A stretch of DNA of 64,000 bases from a virus (IMGVR_UViG_3300032007_000006:57360-121359), one strand, 5' to 3'. Shown: positions 49,436-59,555, counted from the first letter of the stretch. Notes: generated by a model not told the origin, from the letters alone. Translations and numbers: made by a program.

Positions 49436-49945
49436 TTACATATTCTCTCTAACTGTTCTTTCAAGACGCATCCATGAAGCCTCCTGCGTCCAGTCTTCAG
49501 GCCGATACATGTCCTTGCCAAAAATGCATCCTTTCAGACTGGATTCAACAGCGGCGGCAAAGTCTTCCTTGAGAAACCATTCTAGACTTAAACCACCACT
49601 TTCCATTGGAAAGACGTGTGGAGGACAGAAGGAAAGTCTTTTAAGAACTTCATCATTGACAAGTTCAATGACTTCCTTTGAAATGGCCTCTCCATCTCCA
49701 TCCAGCCATCCTTTCTTCAAAGACTCCATTCTCTTCATTTCTTCCTTGAAGTCTTCCATTGTCCAATCATCGTCAGACATCTCTCTGCTCCTTCCTAAAT
49801 GGTCGAGATAGAGATCTTCCATTTCATTTTCTTCATACTTGCTGGACATGATGCATGTATGCTGTATTGGAGACCAGAAGTGGCATTCCTTCTCCTGACC
49901 TCCAAGCAGACAGCTTTCACAGGCTCCATAAGGACACAAGCCCAT
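49436..49945 (-). CDS. hypothetical protein
   Basis: 169-aa ORF with SD; Cys-rich N-terminus; PMESGGLSLEW motif. Confidence 0.6.
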   Translation of the reverse strand: MGLCPYGACESCLLGGQEKECHFWSPIQHTCIMSSKYEENEMEDLYLDHLGRSREMSDDDWTMEDFKEEMKRMESLKKGWLDGDGEAISKEVIELVNDEVLKRLSFCPPHVFPMESGGLSLEWFLKEDFAAAVESSLKGCIFGKDMYRPEDWTQEASWMRLERTVRENM

Positions 49946-50263
49946 TACTTTCCTCTTTCAGAAAGAGACTTGAATATGTAGATGCACAGGGCCAGAAAAA
50001 CGGCAACTCCAAGACATTCAAGAAGAATATTGGAAACCGACATTAAGGTTTCAAGCATTTTCAGTCTCCTTTGATGCTATTCCTTTCTGTCCACAAGACT
50101 GCATCCACAAAGAACCAGAATGCAGTAGAAAACAGTCAAAGCAACGCTGAATGCACCAATCCAGTAGAAGCATACATTTATGAATGGAGAAATGTTCAGA
50201 AGCAGTGGACCAAGAAAGAATCCACAAACAAATGAAGCAATCCATTCAGTCTTTTCATTCATG

Positions 50264-50521
50264 CTATTCCACTCCATATGCAACATAGGCGTTCTCAAGC
50301 CATGGCCAGAACAGGGATGCAGGCTTGATGTCCTCATATGCAATGCACTCAGGACCCTGGCCATCCATCATGTGGAAGCTTGAAGGAAAGTCATAGACCC
50401 AGTGGCCGCCATCGGCAGAAGGCTTGGAGTATACAGCAGGCTTCCAGTCAATGCTTTCCTTGCCATACGGATCATAGCCATAGAATGCAACCGCAACTAT
50501 CTGTCCCTTTTCATACCTCAT
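50264..50521 (-). CDS. hypothetical protein
   Basis: Overlaps the upstream stop (ATGA); GGAGG SD. Confidence 0.65.
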   Translation of the reverse strand: MRYEKGQIVAVAFYGYDPYGKESIDWKPAVYSKPSADGGHWVYDFPSSFHMMDGQGPECIAYEDIKPASLFWPWLENAYVAYGVE

Positions 50522-50886
50522 TTCGTTTCCTCCTTGAATTTGTCTTCAATAAGCCTCACTCTGTGCTGAAGTCCACTCAAATTGTCCCGAATGGCCTTGG
50601 CCATCGCGACTCCATCGGCCAGATCATCAACCTTGTTCTTCAGGCTGCAGAATGAACTCACCGAAACCCAGTTTCTTTCATAGGAATCCAGTTGAGAACG
50701 CATTGCCGCACATTCGCCGCGCAGCTTGTTCAAGCGTCCTTCAAAACTGGACATCATTGACACGGCATTCATTTTCTCCACGAATGGAACATTTCTGTCC
50801 TGAATCCAGTCCAGAACGAATGCAATGAATATTGACGCCGCCATAATGAAGACAAGCCATCCAAAAGCCAGAAGAAGAAATTTCAT
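50518..50886 (-). CDS. membrane-anchored coiled-coil protein
   Basis: Hydrophobic N-terminal 26 aa then heptads. Confidence 0.7.
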   Translation of the reverse strand: MKFLLLAFGWLVFIMAASIFIAFVLDWIQDRNVPFVEKMNAVSMMSSFEGRLNKLRGECAAMRSQLDSYERNWVSVSSFCSLKNKVDDLADGVAMAKAIRDNLSGLQHRVRLIEDKFKEETK

Positions 50887-50979
50887 GCCCTACTCCTTGA
50901 ACTCTTCCTCTCCATCATCTTCTTCTTCAAACTCCTCAAAGACTAGCAATCCAATAGCTAACAAAAGAAGCTCCATATC

Positions 50980-51189
50980 CTACTCCTTTAATTCCTCTTT
51001 CTGATCATCTTCATATTCGGACAGTTCTTCAAGGTCTTCAAAATTCTTTGCTCCACGCCTCAGATATTCGTGGCCGCCGTCGACAAAGATTGCTCCACAT
51101 GAGCAGGACTTCCAGTCGTGGCGGTGCTTTGACTCGATAATGTCGCCACAGAGACGACATCTGGCCTTGTTGGAAATGATTTTCTGCAT
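50980..51189 (-). CDS. small Zn-binding phage protein
   Basis: CRLCGDIIES.HRHD..CSCG...VDGG..YLRR. Confidence 0.8.
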   Translation of the reverse strand: MQKIISNKARCRLCGDIIESKHRHDWKSCSCGAIFVDGGHEYLRRGAKNFEDLEELSEYEDDQKEELKE

Positions 51190-51319
51190 CTGACTTTCTC
51201 CTCTATGGCGTCAAGCCGTTTGTCTAGATTGTTGATGGAAATCCTAAGCAGAAAGAGAAAGAATGCGGCATGAATGAGCAGCCATGTCTTGGCCATCCAA
51301 AGAATGGAAACAGCATCAA

Positions 51320-51640
51320 TCATTCCCATCCATCCTGAACCATTTTTGGCTTCCATTCCCTTTCAGTCCAGCCATGTCCCTTGCAGAGATCGCATTCAAC
51401 GTCAGTCTTCTTCCAGTCGTCAACCCAGCCAGAATCTGGAAGTCCAGACGGATAGGCGTTGTACCGCTTAGAAATGTATCCCCTTCCCTTGCATTTTGGA
51501 CAGCGGAACTGCCTTGTGCCTTTCATAAATGCAAGCAGATCCTTTACCGTTGCATTTTCGCCATACTTTTCTGCATATCTTTCAATGATGGCCAAGTCGG
51601 AATACTTTGGACCATCGCCTTCTGCATATTCTAAAGACAT
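51320..51640 (-). CDS. small protein with DnaJ-type Zn-finger repeats
   Basis: CPKCKGRG and CDLCKGHG. Confidence 0.75.
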   Translation of the reverse strand: MSLEYAEGDGPKYSDLAIIERYAEKYGENATVKDLLAFMKGTRQFRCPKCKGRGYISKRYNAYPSGLPDSGWVDDWKKTDVECDLCKGHGWTEREWKPKMVQDGWE

Positions 51641-51687
51641 TCTAGTCCTCCTTTGCTGGTTCAATCTCATTCAAAAAAATCTATGCT

Positions 51688-51945
51688 TCATTCCCCAAAG
51701 TCTTCCTCATTTGGATCATCTGGCTCATAAAGAGGACCGCACACCAGAACGCCCTTTGGAAGCAGTCTTGAAGGTTCCTTGTGTGGAATCATTGCTCCAC
51801 TAACCGTTACAAGAAATGGAGTGCCAGTCTTGCTCTCCATGATGAATCCAAGCTGCTTGAACCTCAGCCGCTTGGAATATATCCAGTAGGTGCCAGGAAC
51901 CATTGGAAGCGTTCTGGTCCACCTTGGATTCTCAAACACGTTCAT
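51688..51945 (-). CDS. hypothetical protein
   Basis: GAGGAG SD; WT...P..PG.YW motif. Confidence 0.65.
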   Translation of the reverse strand: MNVFENPRWTRTLPMVPGTYWIYSKRLRFKQLGFIMESKTGTPFLVTVSGAMIPHKEPSRLLPKGVLVCGPLYEPDDPNEEDFGE

Positions 51946-51972
51946 TTTCTTCTCCTCACTTGCAAAGACATT

Positions 51973-52845
51973 CTAGCAAAACCTGTCTATGGTGTCAAGA
52001 GGCTCAGGCTCCCAGCTGGTCATGGCCACCTCGGTCCGCTTTCTGCCTGGCTTTATGCACATCCGTGTTGAATATTCATGAAAATGAAATTCGCTCCACA
52101 TTTCCCTTGTCAATGGGCTGTCATTGTTCGTGGCCATGACATAGGCTCCCCTGTCTCTGGCTTCAAGTGCAAGACGAACAACGTCCTCGTGGTCCTGCAT
52201 TGCGAAGCCATCCTTGTTGTAGTCAACGAAGCTTCCACCCGCTGGATCAGGAAGATATGGAGGATCAAGAAAGACAAAGTCTCCTGGACCAACATTGTCA
52301 ATGAAGCCTCTGAAGTCTTCACACCGAATGTCTGCATTTTCAAGCAGTTTTGCAACGGAAATGAAGTCCTCTTCGGAGGCGATTGCAACCGTATTGTGCT
52401 TTCTTTCCTTGGTAATATGCTCTTCCTTGTTCCAGGAGACGTTGTATGCTCCAGTATTGGGATTGATGCGATACAGTCCATTGAAGCAGTGCTTGTTTAT
52501 CCAGATGAAGTATGCGGCCGATTCTGCATTCAGGACTCCACCTTTCAGAAGCTCGTTGAACTCTCCACGTCTTTGATAGTAGAGTTCTCTTGTGCAGAAC
52601 TTCCATCCGCCAAGAGACATGGCCATTGAATGCACCTCAACTGGCCTTTCCCTGATCTGCATGTGAAAGTTTATCAGCTGGGAATTGCAGTCATATGCAA
52701 TGGCCTTTTCTGGCTCAATTCCAAGAAGCATTCCGCCACCACCAAGGAATGGCTCATGCCAGACGTTCCATTTCTCTGGAAGCAGTGGTCGAAGAAACTT
52801 CAGAAGATTCTGCTTTCCTCCAGCCCATTTGATTAAAGGTTTCAA
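51973..52845 (-). CDS. Dam-like (D12 class) N6-adenine DNA methyltransferase
   Basis: KWAGGK, EPFLGGG, FNGLYR.N, FLDPPY. Start codon uncertain. Confidence 0.92.
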   Translation of the reverse strand: MKPLIKWAGGKQNLLKFLRPLLPEKWNVWHEPFLGGGGMLLGIEPEKAIAYDCNSQLINFHMQIRERPVEVHSMAMSLGGWKFCTRELYYQRRGEFNELLKGGVLNAESAAYFIWINKHCFNGLYRINPNTGAYNVSWNKEEHITKERKHNTVAIASEEDFISVAKLLENADIRCEDFRGFIDNVGPGDFVFLDPPYLPDPAGGSFVDYNKDGFAMQDHEDVVRLALEARDRGAYVMATNNDSPLTREMWSEFHFHEYSTRMCIKPGRKRTEVAMTSWEPEPLDTIDRFC

Positions 52846-52912
52846 GATTGCCGTGTCAATATCAATGATTTAACAATCTTTTAAAGTAAATATTTTATCT
52901 TTCATTTTCGCT

Positions 52913-53665
52913 ATGCTTTCATTCAGACAGTGGCTTCTGGAATATGTTGCGTTTGCCAAGGGACGAGACGTGGACTTCACAGCCTCCAATGCAATAGTCT
53001 TCTTTTCAAAGGAAGGAAAGGCCTCATACAGGGAAGAAGGACGCACCCACGGAGAATATTCTCATGCAGTCAAGCACTATATGGAGTTTCAGCCAGGAAA
53101 TGCCCTTGGATTTGCCGCAGAAATCAAGGGAATAGTGCAGAAATGGGAAAAGGAAGGTGGTCTTGACTTTATAGAACTGGTAGACGAAAACGGAAGAACG
53201 CTTGCAAGAGGATGGAATCAGGTCAATCAGCTTGCAAGACCACTGGATTGGCTCTGCTCTCTGGACTACATCAATGACATTTCCGTATCGAAAGGAAGAC
53301 TTTCAAAACTGGAAGTGGAAATAAGACGAGTTGGCGACAAGATGCGGAAGCTCTATGATGAAGAAATAGTGGAAAGAATGAAGAAGGCCGTTGATTTGGA
53401 CAGCATGTCGGCAAAAGACGTGGCCAGAATATGCAGGACAAATTCCGTAGTGAAGTTTAGGGCCAATAAAAATGAAGAATACTGTCTGGATCTGAAGGAC
53501 AACGCCATCATGATGATGCGGAAGGGAATGGTCACTACATTCTTCAAGTTCAGCAGAAGAGGACAGCAGGCCGAAGTCATTCAAAACTTCATGCGGAAGA
53601 AGCCATATCTGGAGTACAACAGTCCAGACGTGAAAAAGGGATTTGAAATGGCTGTTGGAAGATAG
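52913..53665 (+). CDS. late protein with capsid-targeting-like leader; possible RNase
   Basis: GTAAATA 20 nt upstream; MLSFRQWLLE; HAVKHYMEF ... GMVTTFFK. Confidence 0.75.
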   Translation: MLSFRQWLLEYVAFAKGRDVDFTASNAIVFFSKEGKASYREEGRTHGEYSHAVKHYMEFQPGNALGFAAEIKGIVQKWEKEGGLDFIELVDENGRTLARGWNQVNQLARPLDWLCSLDYINDISVSKGRLSKLEVEIRRVGDKMRKLYDEEIVERMKKAVDLDSMSAKDVARICRTNSVVKFRANKNEEYCLDLKDNAIMMMRKGMVTTFFKFSRRGQQAEVIQNFMRKKPYLEYNSPDVKKGFEMAVGR

Positions 53666-53666
53666 A

Positions 53667-53692
53667 AAAATGGGCGCTAATGCGCCCATTTT
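53667..53692. terminator. bidirectional terminator
   Basis: AAAATGGGCGC-TAAT-GCGCCCATTTT. Confidence 0.8.
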
Positions 53693-53711
53693 CGTTTATT
53701 TCTGTCTAGTT

Positions 53712-54413
53712 TTACTCTTCAACAACTAGAATGTACTGCGCCTTCGGAAGACCGCTTTCCCTTGATGGTCCACACAGAACATAAAGACCAAGATTGGCGC
53801 ACCAGACGCTTTTCAGAAACATCTGCTTGATATCTCCACTAAGACTGTCAAACTTTCCAGAGCTGATCTTCTTTCCCGATGCACTGAAAAGATGAACCTT
53901 GTCATCGGCAAATTTAAATTCTCTCTTCTTTATCTTCAGTTTAGCAACAGACTTTAGTCCCTTCCAGAAGGCCATTCCAGTCCTGACTGTATCCAGAACC
54001 CTTTTGGCTTCAACTCCAACTTCTTCAAGATGCTTGACCTTCAATGGTCCATAATGCGTTCTGTACTTGCCTTCAAGACCAGCCTTTCCGCCATGGCGCT
54101 TCAGAATGTCAAGCGTCTCTGCCGCCCACGCTTTGGCCAGCTTCTGATAGTCCTTTGCAGACGCCATGATTTCTTCAATCATCTTGAAGTCCATCTTTTC
54201 ACCGATATATCTGTCCATATAGGACTTCATAAAAAGAAATCCAGTAGATTTTCCAAAGTATTCTTCCAGTCTGTAGAAACTGTAGACATGGTTGGGAAGA
54301 TTTTCGTCATTCTTCAGCCGCTCAACGTATCCAATTGCGTTCAATACGTCATCTGGGGCAAGGGGAAGATCTTCAAACGCCGTTTCGGCCAGATATTTTC
54401 TAAAACTTTTCAC
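53712..54413 (-). CDS. hypothetical protein with capsid-targeting-like leader
   Basis: AGGAG SD, GTG start, MKSFRKYLAE. Confidence 0.75.
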   Translation of the reverse strand: MKSFRKYLAETAFEDLPLAPDDVLNAIGYVERLKNDENLPNHVYSFYRLEEYFGKSTGFLFMKSYMDRYIGEKMDFKMIEEIMASAKDYQKLAKAWAAETLDILKRHGGKAGLEGKYRTHYGPLKVKHLEEVGVEAKRVLDTVRTGMAFWKGLKSVAKLKIKKREFKFADDKVHLFSASGKKISSGKFDSLSGDIKQMFLKSVWCANLGLYVLCGPSRESGLPKAQYILVVEE

Positions 54414-54474
54414 TGCTTTTTCTCCTGAATGCCATCTCAAGACATGAACATCATGCCACATTCCGCTAGCAAAG

Positions 54475-55593
54475 TCAACTCTCGTTCGCCAGTCTGTGGC
54501 GGAGATACACCTGCTTTGATCCCTTCTTGATAAAGTCTGCAATTTTCTGCAAGTTCTTTGTCTTTCTGGCGTAAGCAAAGACGGATTCTATGAAATCAGC
54601 CGTTTCTCTGTCCTCTGGCATGTATTCGCACTGGATTTTTACGTCTGTAGATCTATTCCAGGCCGAATACTTTGTGGTGGTTTTCTTGAACCAGAATCCA
54701 CTTCCAAAGGTGTAGAAGGATTCTCTATTGAGAGTCACCCTTTCAACGCTCAATCCAGCCGCCACGTTGTCGGAGCTTTCATCAAACTTGAACAGCCACC
54801 AGTTCTTCTGTGTAGAAGTTTCGCATCCCCATCTGGCTTCCAGAATGGACACAAAGTCCCTTCTGGCCATCTTGGAACCCTTTCTGGCATTTCCATTGAT
54901 GATCTTTCTCAATTTGATGGAAGGAAATACGCTGTCTGGATGCGTCAATGGAAGAGTGTCGGTAACTGCTCTGCATTTCTGCCTTGTCATCACCTGCTTC
55001 TTTCCACCAGCGAGAACTTCAGAAGAAACGTAGTAGGCAAACGTTGTCTTCTTTCCACCAAGGCTGGCGGCGCTTTTGTCTGCATTCAGGACTGTTCCAG
55101 TCAATTTCATTGTAAACACTTCAGCGCGTCCAGCAGAATAGGCCGTCATTTCAACCTGTGGAACTGGAATGTTTGTGAATATGCTTGAATATGTGCTTCT
55201 TTTGACATCAATGGTAAATGGCTTGCTGAAATGCTCTTCAAACCATTTTCTGTAGGCTTCAACGTCAAGCAGCAGGAAGAGGTTTTCAAGAGTTTTTGCA
55301 ATCATTTCCTCTTTCTGCTTCAAATCCTCATAGTATCCTCTATTCTTCTGGTTTCTGGAATAGGAACGCACTCCATCGGAACCCAGGTTCTTCAGCAGAA
55401 TCTCCTTTGCGACATTGAGTTCCTGCATTTCCCTTGTAGAGCCACCATGATCAGGATGCTTCTTCATGGCCAGCTTTTTGTATATTGCATTGAGGTCTTC
55501 CTTGGTCTTTGGTGGCTGAGACAGTCCGAAAATCCCCAGCGCCTGTGGAAGATCCATTGTGGCTTCTAAAAGCCAATACAGAAAAGATTTCAT
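54475..55593 (-). CDS. J-domain (DnaJ) protein with capsid-targeting-like leader
   Basis: MKSFLYWLLE then ALGIFGL..YKKLAMKKHPDHGGS..MQELNVA; late box at 55621-27. Confidence 0.85.
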   Translation of the reverse strand: MKSFLYWLLEATMDLPQALGIFGLSQPPKTKEDLNAIYKKLAMKKHPDHGGSTREMQELNVAKEILLKNLGSDGVRSYSRNQKNRGYYEDLKQKEEMIAKTLENLFLLLDVEAYRKWFEEHFSKPFTIDVKRSTYSSIFTNIPVPQVEMTAYSAGRAEVFTMKLTGTVLNADKSAASLGGKKTTFAYYVSSEVLAGGKKQVMTRQKCRAVTDTLPLTHPDSVFPSIKLRKIINGNARKGSKMARRDFVSILEARWGCETSTQKNWWLFKFDESSDNVAAGLSVERVTLNRESFYTFGSGFWFKKTTTKYSAWNRSTDVKIQCEYMPEDRETADFIESVFAYARKTKNLQKIADFIKKGSKQVYLRHRLANES

Positions 55594-56019
55594 CTGTTGT
55601 CTGATAGAAAAGTCAAGCAATATTTACAAGTTACGCAAAAAGCAGCTCTAATTGATCTTAATAGAGAGGAATGAAAAAATTTATAGAGCCATAAAGAGAT
55701 GGAGTGGCGGAACGCAGTGAAGCCACTCATTGCCGCGTTAGCGGCAATCAAGATGGGAATTGAAGAAAATACTGGAAGCAGTGGACATGATGCTGACGCA
55801 TAGAACAAGGCTGGCCTGTCGGCCAGCCTGTCCATCTTCAATCTTGCAGACAAGATGGCAATAGGGGAAATGAAGCCAGGACGGGTCTGGAGACATGATA
55901 AACAGCAAGGGGACAAACTATCTGCAAAAAGAAAAGGAGCGTCACCAGGACGCTCCTCCAACGAATCCAGGGCATATGCTAAGAAAGTGTAAAAGTTTCG
56001 ATATAGATTGTGATATATT

Positions 56020-57666
56020 TTAATTTGACGCATAGCACATTTTTAAATTGCCAGCGTCATAAATTTTAAAAAATCCATTGATACGCATATTCTCAGATTC
56101 AGTCAAGTCAGGATCGAAATGTTCCCCCAATAATTTATGCAACTTATGCTTTTGAGTAGAAAAGCGACTAAGCGTTAATATATTGTTTGTCCATACATAA
56201 CTGGGCTTCGTGATTCCAAGTTCTTTGAAATGCAATGCATGATAGCCAGTCCCAGAAAAATGTGACAAATCAACATAGCTAACGAACTTTTTAACACCGC
56301 TGTGTTTAATAAGTTTTGAAAATGCACCACGAATGCTGTAATTAATTTTACAGCAAAATCTATGCAGTTCGGTTTCATCTTTTTTAAATCTGCTCTTTCC
56401 AAATCCAATAACGGCGACAAGTTCATTGTTAAAATATAAACCATATCTGACTGGACTATTCATTGCGCCTTGAAGATGATTAATTTCAAGAAATGTTTTG
56501 TAGTCCTTTGAAGATAGTTCTTTCACTTTACAGCTTCTGGCATTTAATTTTCGTTCATATATTCCCAAGGCATTTTTTATTATTGCCTTGCAAATTTCTT
56601 GTTTAGTGTACCATTCATTTTCAAAGATGTGAATTAGTCTTATTCCTTTTTCTTTGCAAGTCAATGACTTGTTTTGATGATAAAATCGATCATTGATTAA
56701 TTCATTAGAGTGCCAATATATTCCATTAAATTCAATTGCTATTTTCTTTTCTGGAATATAAATGTCTAATTCTTTAGGTTTTAATATGTTTCTGTCATTT
56801 TCAATAATCGTGCCTTGATAAAATGTTTTAATATATTTGACTAAATTTTTTTCTTCTTCTGAAAAAGTATTATTTATACAGTTCGGACATCTGACTGTCT
56901 GAATGTTTATTCCTTTACTTTTAAAATCTATATTGCAGCTATTGCAATGATATAAATGTTCTGAATTGTTTATATACTCTTCTTTGGAATCTAGAAGTTT
57001 CAAATTGGTGTATTTTTTTAAATTATCTAGGTATGTATTGTAAAAAAGCGATCTTCTTGTACGAGAACGATTTTTAAGCATTTCTTCTTTCTTTATGACA
57101 TCCATTTTTTCGTATGCTTTTTTCGTTCCAATTGAAGTTTTTTTTGAAAATTCCTTTCTGTAATTTTCATCACAAAAACGCTGTTTTGTTTGATTGATGA
57201 ATTCCTGCTTTTCTTCTTCAGTTTTATTTTCCCATTCTTTTTTTGCATGAAAGGCAAGATTTTCCTTTCTTTTAATAATTTCTTCTTCTGTTAAGCTGTC
57301 ATAATATTTTTTAACTCCATCTTTAATCTTTTCTTGAAATGATTTTCTGGATTCTTCTGTTCCAAACATTTTTTGCTTCCATTTTTCTATCCTTTTCTCT
57401 AGAACATCTTGAGGCGTATTTTTCAAGGTATACTGCTGCTTGCAATGACCAGAACAAAATTGGTCAAATCCTCTTCTTATGTCTAAAAATCTAGCTCGTT
57501 TGCCACACTCAATGCAAGTGGACGCCGGACCGCAATATTTTTCATAATATTCTTCTTCCGTCAATTTGTGGCAAAGCTTGATATGCTTGTTTACTCCACT
57601 GAGAATGGCATATTCATATTCCTTGCCACAAATTGCACACTTGAAGTGACTGCGTTTTCGTTTCAT
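56020..57666 (-). CDS. Hef-like free-standing homing endonuclease (Zn fingers + PD-(D/E)XK/Vsr-like nuclease)
   Basis: ELDIYIPEKKIAIEFNGIYWHS, GIRLIHIFENEW, NHLQG, KIYDAG; strongly AT-rich; TAATG overlap with the topoisomerase stop. Confidence 0.8.
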   Translation of the reverse strand: MKRKRSHFKCAICGKEYEYAILSGVNKHIKLCHKLTEEEYYEKYCGPASTCIECGKRARFLDIRRGFDQFCSGHCKQQYTLKNTPQDVLEKRIEKWKQKMFGTEESRKSFQEKIKDGVKKYYDSLTEEEIIKRKENLAFHAKKEWENKTEEEKQEFINQTKQRFCDENYRKEFSKKTSIGTKKAYEKMDVIKKEEMLKNRSRTRRSLFYNTYLDNLKKYTNLKLLDSKEEYINNSEHLYHCNSCNIDFKSKGINIQTVRCPNCINNTFSEEEKNLVKYIKTFYQGTIIENDRNILKPKELDIYIPEKKIAIEFNGIYWHSNELINDRFYHQNKSLTCKEKGIRLIHIFENEWYTKQEICKAIIKNALGIYERKLNARSCKVKELSSKDYKTFLEINHLQGAMNSPVRYGLYFNNELVAVIGFGKSRFKKDETELHRFCCKINYSIRGAFSKLIKHSGVKKFVSYVDLSHFSGTGYHALHFKELGITKPSYVWTNNILTLSRFSTQKHKLHKLLGEHFDPDLTESENMRINGFFKIYDAGNLKMCYASN

Positions 57667-59513
57667 TATATCTCCATTATTTTTCGGCGGTCTTCAACGC
57701 GATCTGAAGAAAACATTATGTCTAGACATGCAGGATTATCAATTTCAATTTGTATGTATCTGTCTTCAGCGGCCAATGTTTCTTTGTATTCAATCGCAGT
57801 CAGTGAACCTAGCCCTTTGATGTATCTATATTTTTTCTGTCCATCATATTGGGCTTCAAACTCTTCTTTAGTGTAGCAAAAAACACGTTTTTCATTTTTC
57901 TTTTCGTAATTGTCATAAATGATATATCTTGGACTAGGAACAATATAAATGCATTTCAATTCAGTGAAAAGACTTGGCCATAGATAAAAAAAGTTAATTA
58001 GCAGTGGATTAATTGCACCGGCTCCATCAATATCCGCATCGGCCATAAGACAAATTTTGCCATGCGTTAAAGATTCCTTAACTTCTGCACCTGTCATGCC
58101 AAACCGCAGTCCCAGTATGGCCATTATGTCGGAAAGCTCCTTGTTCTCTACAATTGAAGTTTCCTTCATTCCATAGACGTTCATTGGCATTCCACGCAGA
58201 GGATAGAAGGCCTGCCGTTCAACGTCTCTTACCCTGATGGCTTGAGAGACTGCGGAAAAGCCTTCAACCAGATAGAGGTTTCTGTTCATTGGATTTCTGG
58301 TCTTGGCTGGAATGAACTTTTCTATGTAGGCTCTGGCCTGCTTCTTCTGCGCCATTGTGACGGCCCGCTTTTCAGCGGCAATCTGCTTTGCAAGCTTGGC
58401 TTCCAGTATGGGATCAATGATTGCTGGGGTGTTCATCACCTGCTTTGCAAGCTTCTCAAAGTCTATGTCTCCGAAATACTGCTTCACTTCGGCTTCGGAG
58501 TTGACCATTCTTTCCTTGGTCTGCGAATCAAACTTCATGTCTGGAAACATGGAGCCATTGAAGGCTATGAGTAGACCACGCTTTATTTCGCCAGGAGACA
58601 TCTCCAGCTTGTGCTTCTTTCGTATCAGGACTCTTAATTCGGCACACAGCTCCTTTGCTATCCAGGACTCTATCGTGCCGCCATTCTTGACATGCAGTCC
58701 TTCAAGATAAGTGACTTGGGAATATTCGTCCGTTTCGGTCGGCATTATGCCAAAGAACCAATTGTCTGAGTTGAGATAAACGTATGGCTTTCCAAAGCGT
58801 TCAATCCATTCAGTACGCTTCTTCACCTTGATCTTTTCATCATTGAAGGTGAACTGCATTGTCTGATAGATTGCCGCTAGGGCTTCAAGCCTCTCTCTCA
58901 CGACTTTCATGTGCGCCTTGGAGAAGGACTTCACTCCAAAGCGTCCAAAGTCTGGCTCCATGAGGACTTTTGTTCCCCTCTTCCGTTTTCCTGCCTTTTC
59001 AACGGCATAGCTGATGTCTCCCATGTTGTCTGAGCATGCCACTCTGCACCACTTCTTTCCATCGCATGTCTCTCCAGCGAAGGATGTGGAGAAGATGCAG
59101 GATATTGACGAACCAACGCCATTTGCAGATGGACCATAGGAATGCCCTTCAAATGAAGTTCCAGAGCGAAGTCTTGTCCAGCAGAGAACTGGGCGAAGGG
59201 CCTTTGTTCCATCTTCCAGTTCATATTCTTCAACTGGAATGCCTCTTCCATTGTCTTCAACCTGCAGGCTGGTAGGGGTCATTGTGATTGCAACCTTGGT
59301 TGCAAACTTTCTGTCAGAACGAATATGCTCGTCTACGGTGTTGTCAATTAATTCAAACACAATCTTCAGAAGGCCAGGAACAATGTTCAGCGTTTCAAGC
59401 TTTCCGTTGACATAGAGAGTGTATGGCTCCTTTACCATGGAGCCAAGCATGATGTGACCACGAAGGAGGGTGTGGTCCCTGTCATTCAATACTTTGAAAA
59501 CGTCTTCCGACAT
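57666..59513 (-). CDS. gp39: DNA topoisomerase II large subunit (unsplit gp39+gp60)
   Basis: ELIDNTVDE, DNGRGIP, NGVGS, FDSQTKE, LVEGFSA, PLRG, DADIDG, YIKGLGS. Confidence 0.95.
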   Translation of the reverse strand: MSEDVFKVLNDRDHTLLRGHIMLGSMVKEPYTLYVNGKLETLNIVPGLLKIVFELIDNTVDEHIRSDRKFATKVAITMTPTSLQVEDNGRGIPVEEYELEDGTKALRPVLCWTRLRSGTSFEGHSYGPSANGVGSSISCIFSTSFAGETCDGKKWCRVACSDNMGDISYAVEKAGKRKRGTKVLMEPDFGRFGVKSFSKAHMKVVRERLEALAAIYQTMQFTFNDEKIKVKKRTEWIERFGKPYVYLNSDNWFFGIMPTETDEYSQVTYLEGLHVKNGGTIESWIAKELCAELRVLIRKKHKLEMSPGEIKRGLLIAFNGSMFPDMKFDSQTKERMVNSEAEVKQYFGDIDFEKLAKQVMNTPAIIDPILEAKLAKQIAAEKRAVTMAQKKQARAYIEKFIPAKTRNPMNRNLYLVEGFSAVSQAIRVRDVERQAFYPLRGMPMNVYGMKETSIVENKELSDIMAILGLRFGMTGAEVKESLTHGKICLMADADIDGAGAINPLLINFFYLWPSLFTELKCIYIVPSPRYIIYDNYEKKNEKRVFCYTKEEFEAQYDGQKKYRYIKGLGSLTAIEYKETLAAEDRYIQIEIDNPACLDIMFSSDRVEDRRKIMEI

Positions 59514-59555
59514 GGCATCTCCTTTAAAGTAAATATTTCTACCGTTCAGATTGCT

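Noticed and set aside
55671-55992. Possible small plus-strand gene between the J-domain gene and the endonuclease
   Set aside because: The SD-ATG frame stops after 7 codons and the other frame has an internal TAG. No recognisable product; at most a decayed remnant.
57666-58300. T4 gene 60-type translational bypass or split 39/60
   Set aside because: The reading frame is continuous through the Toprim region.
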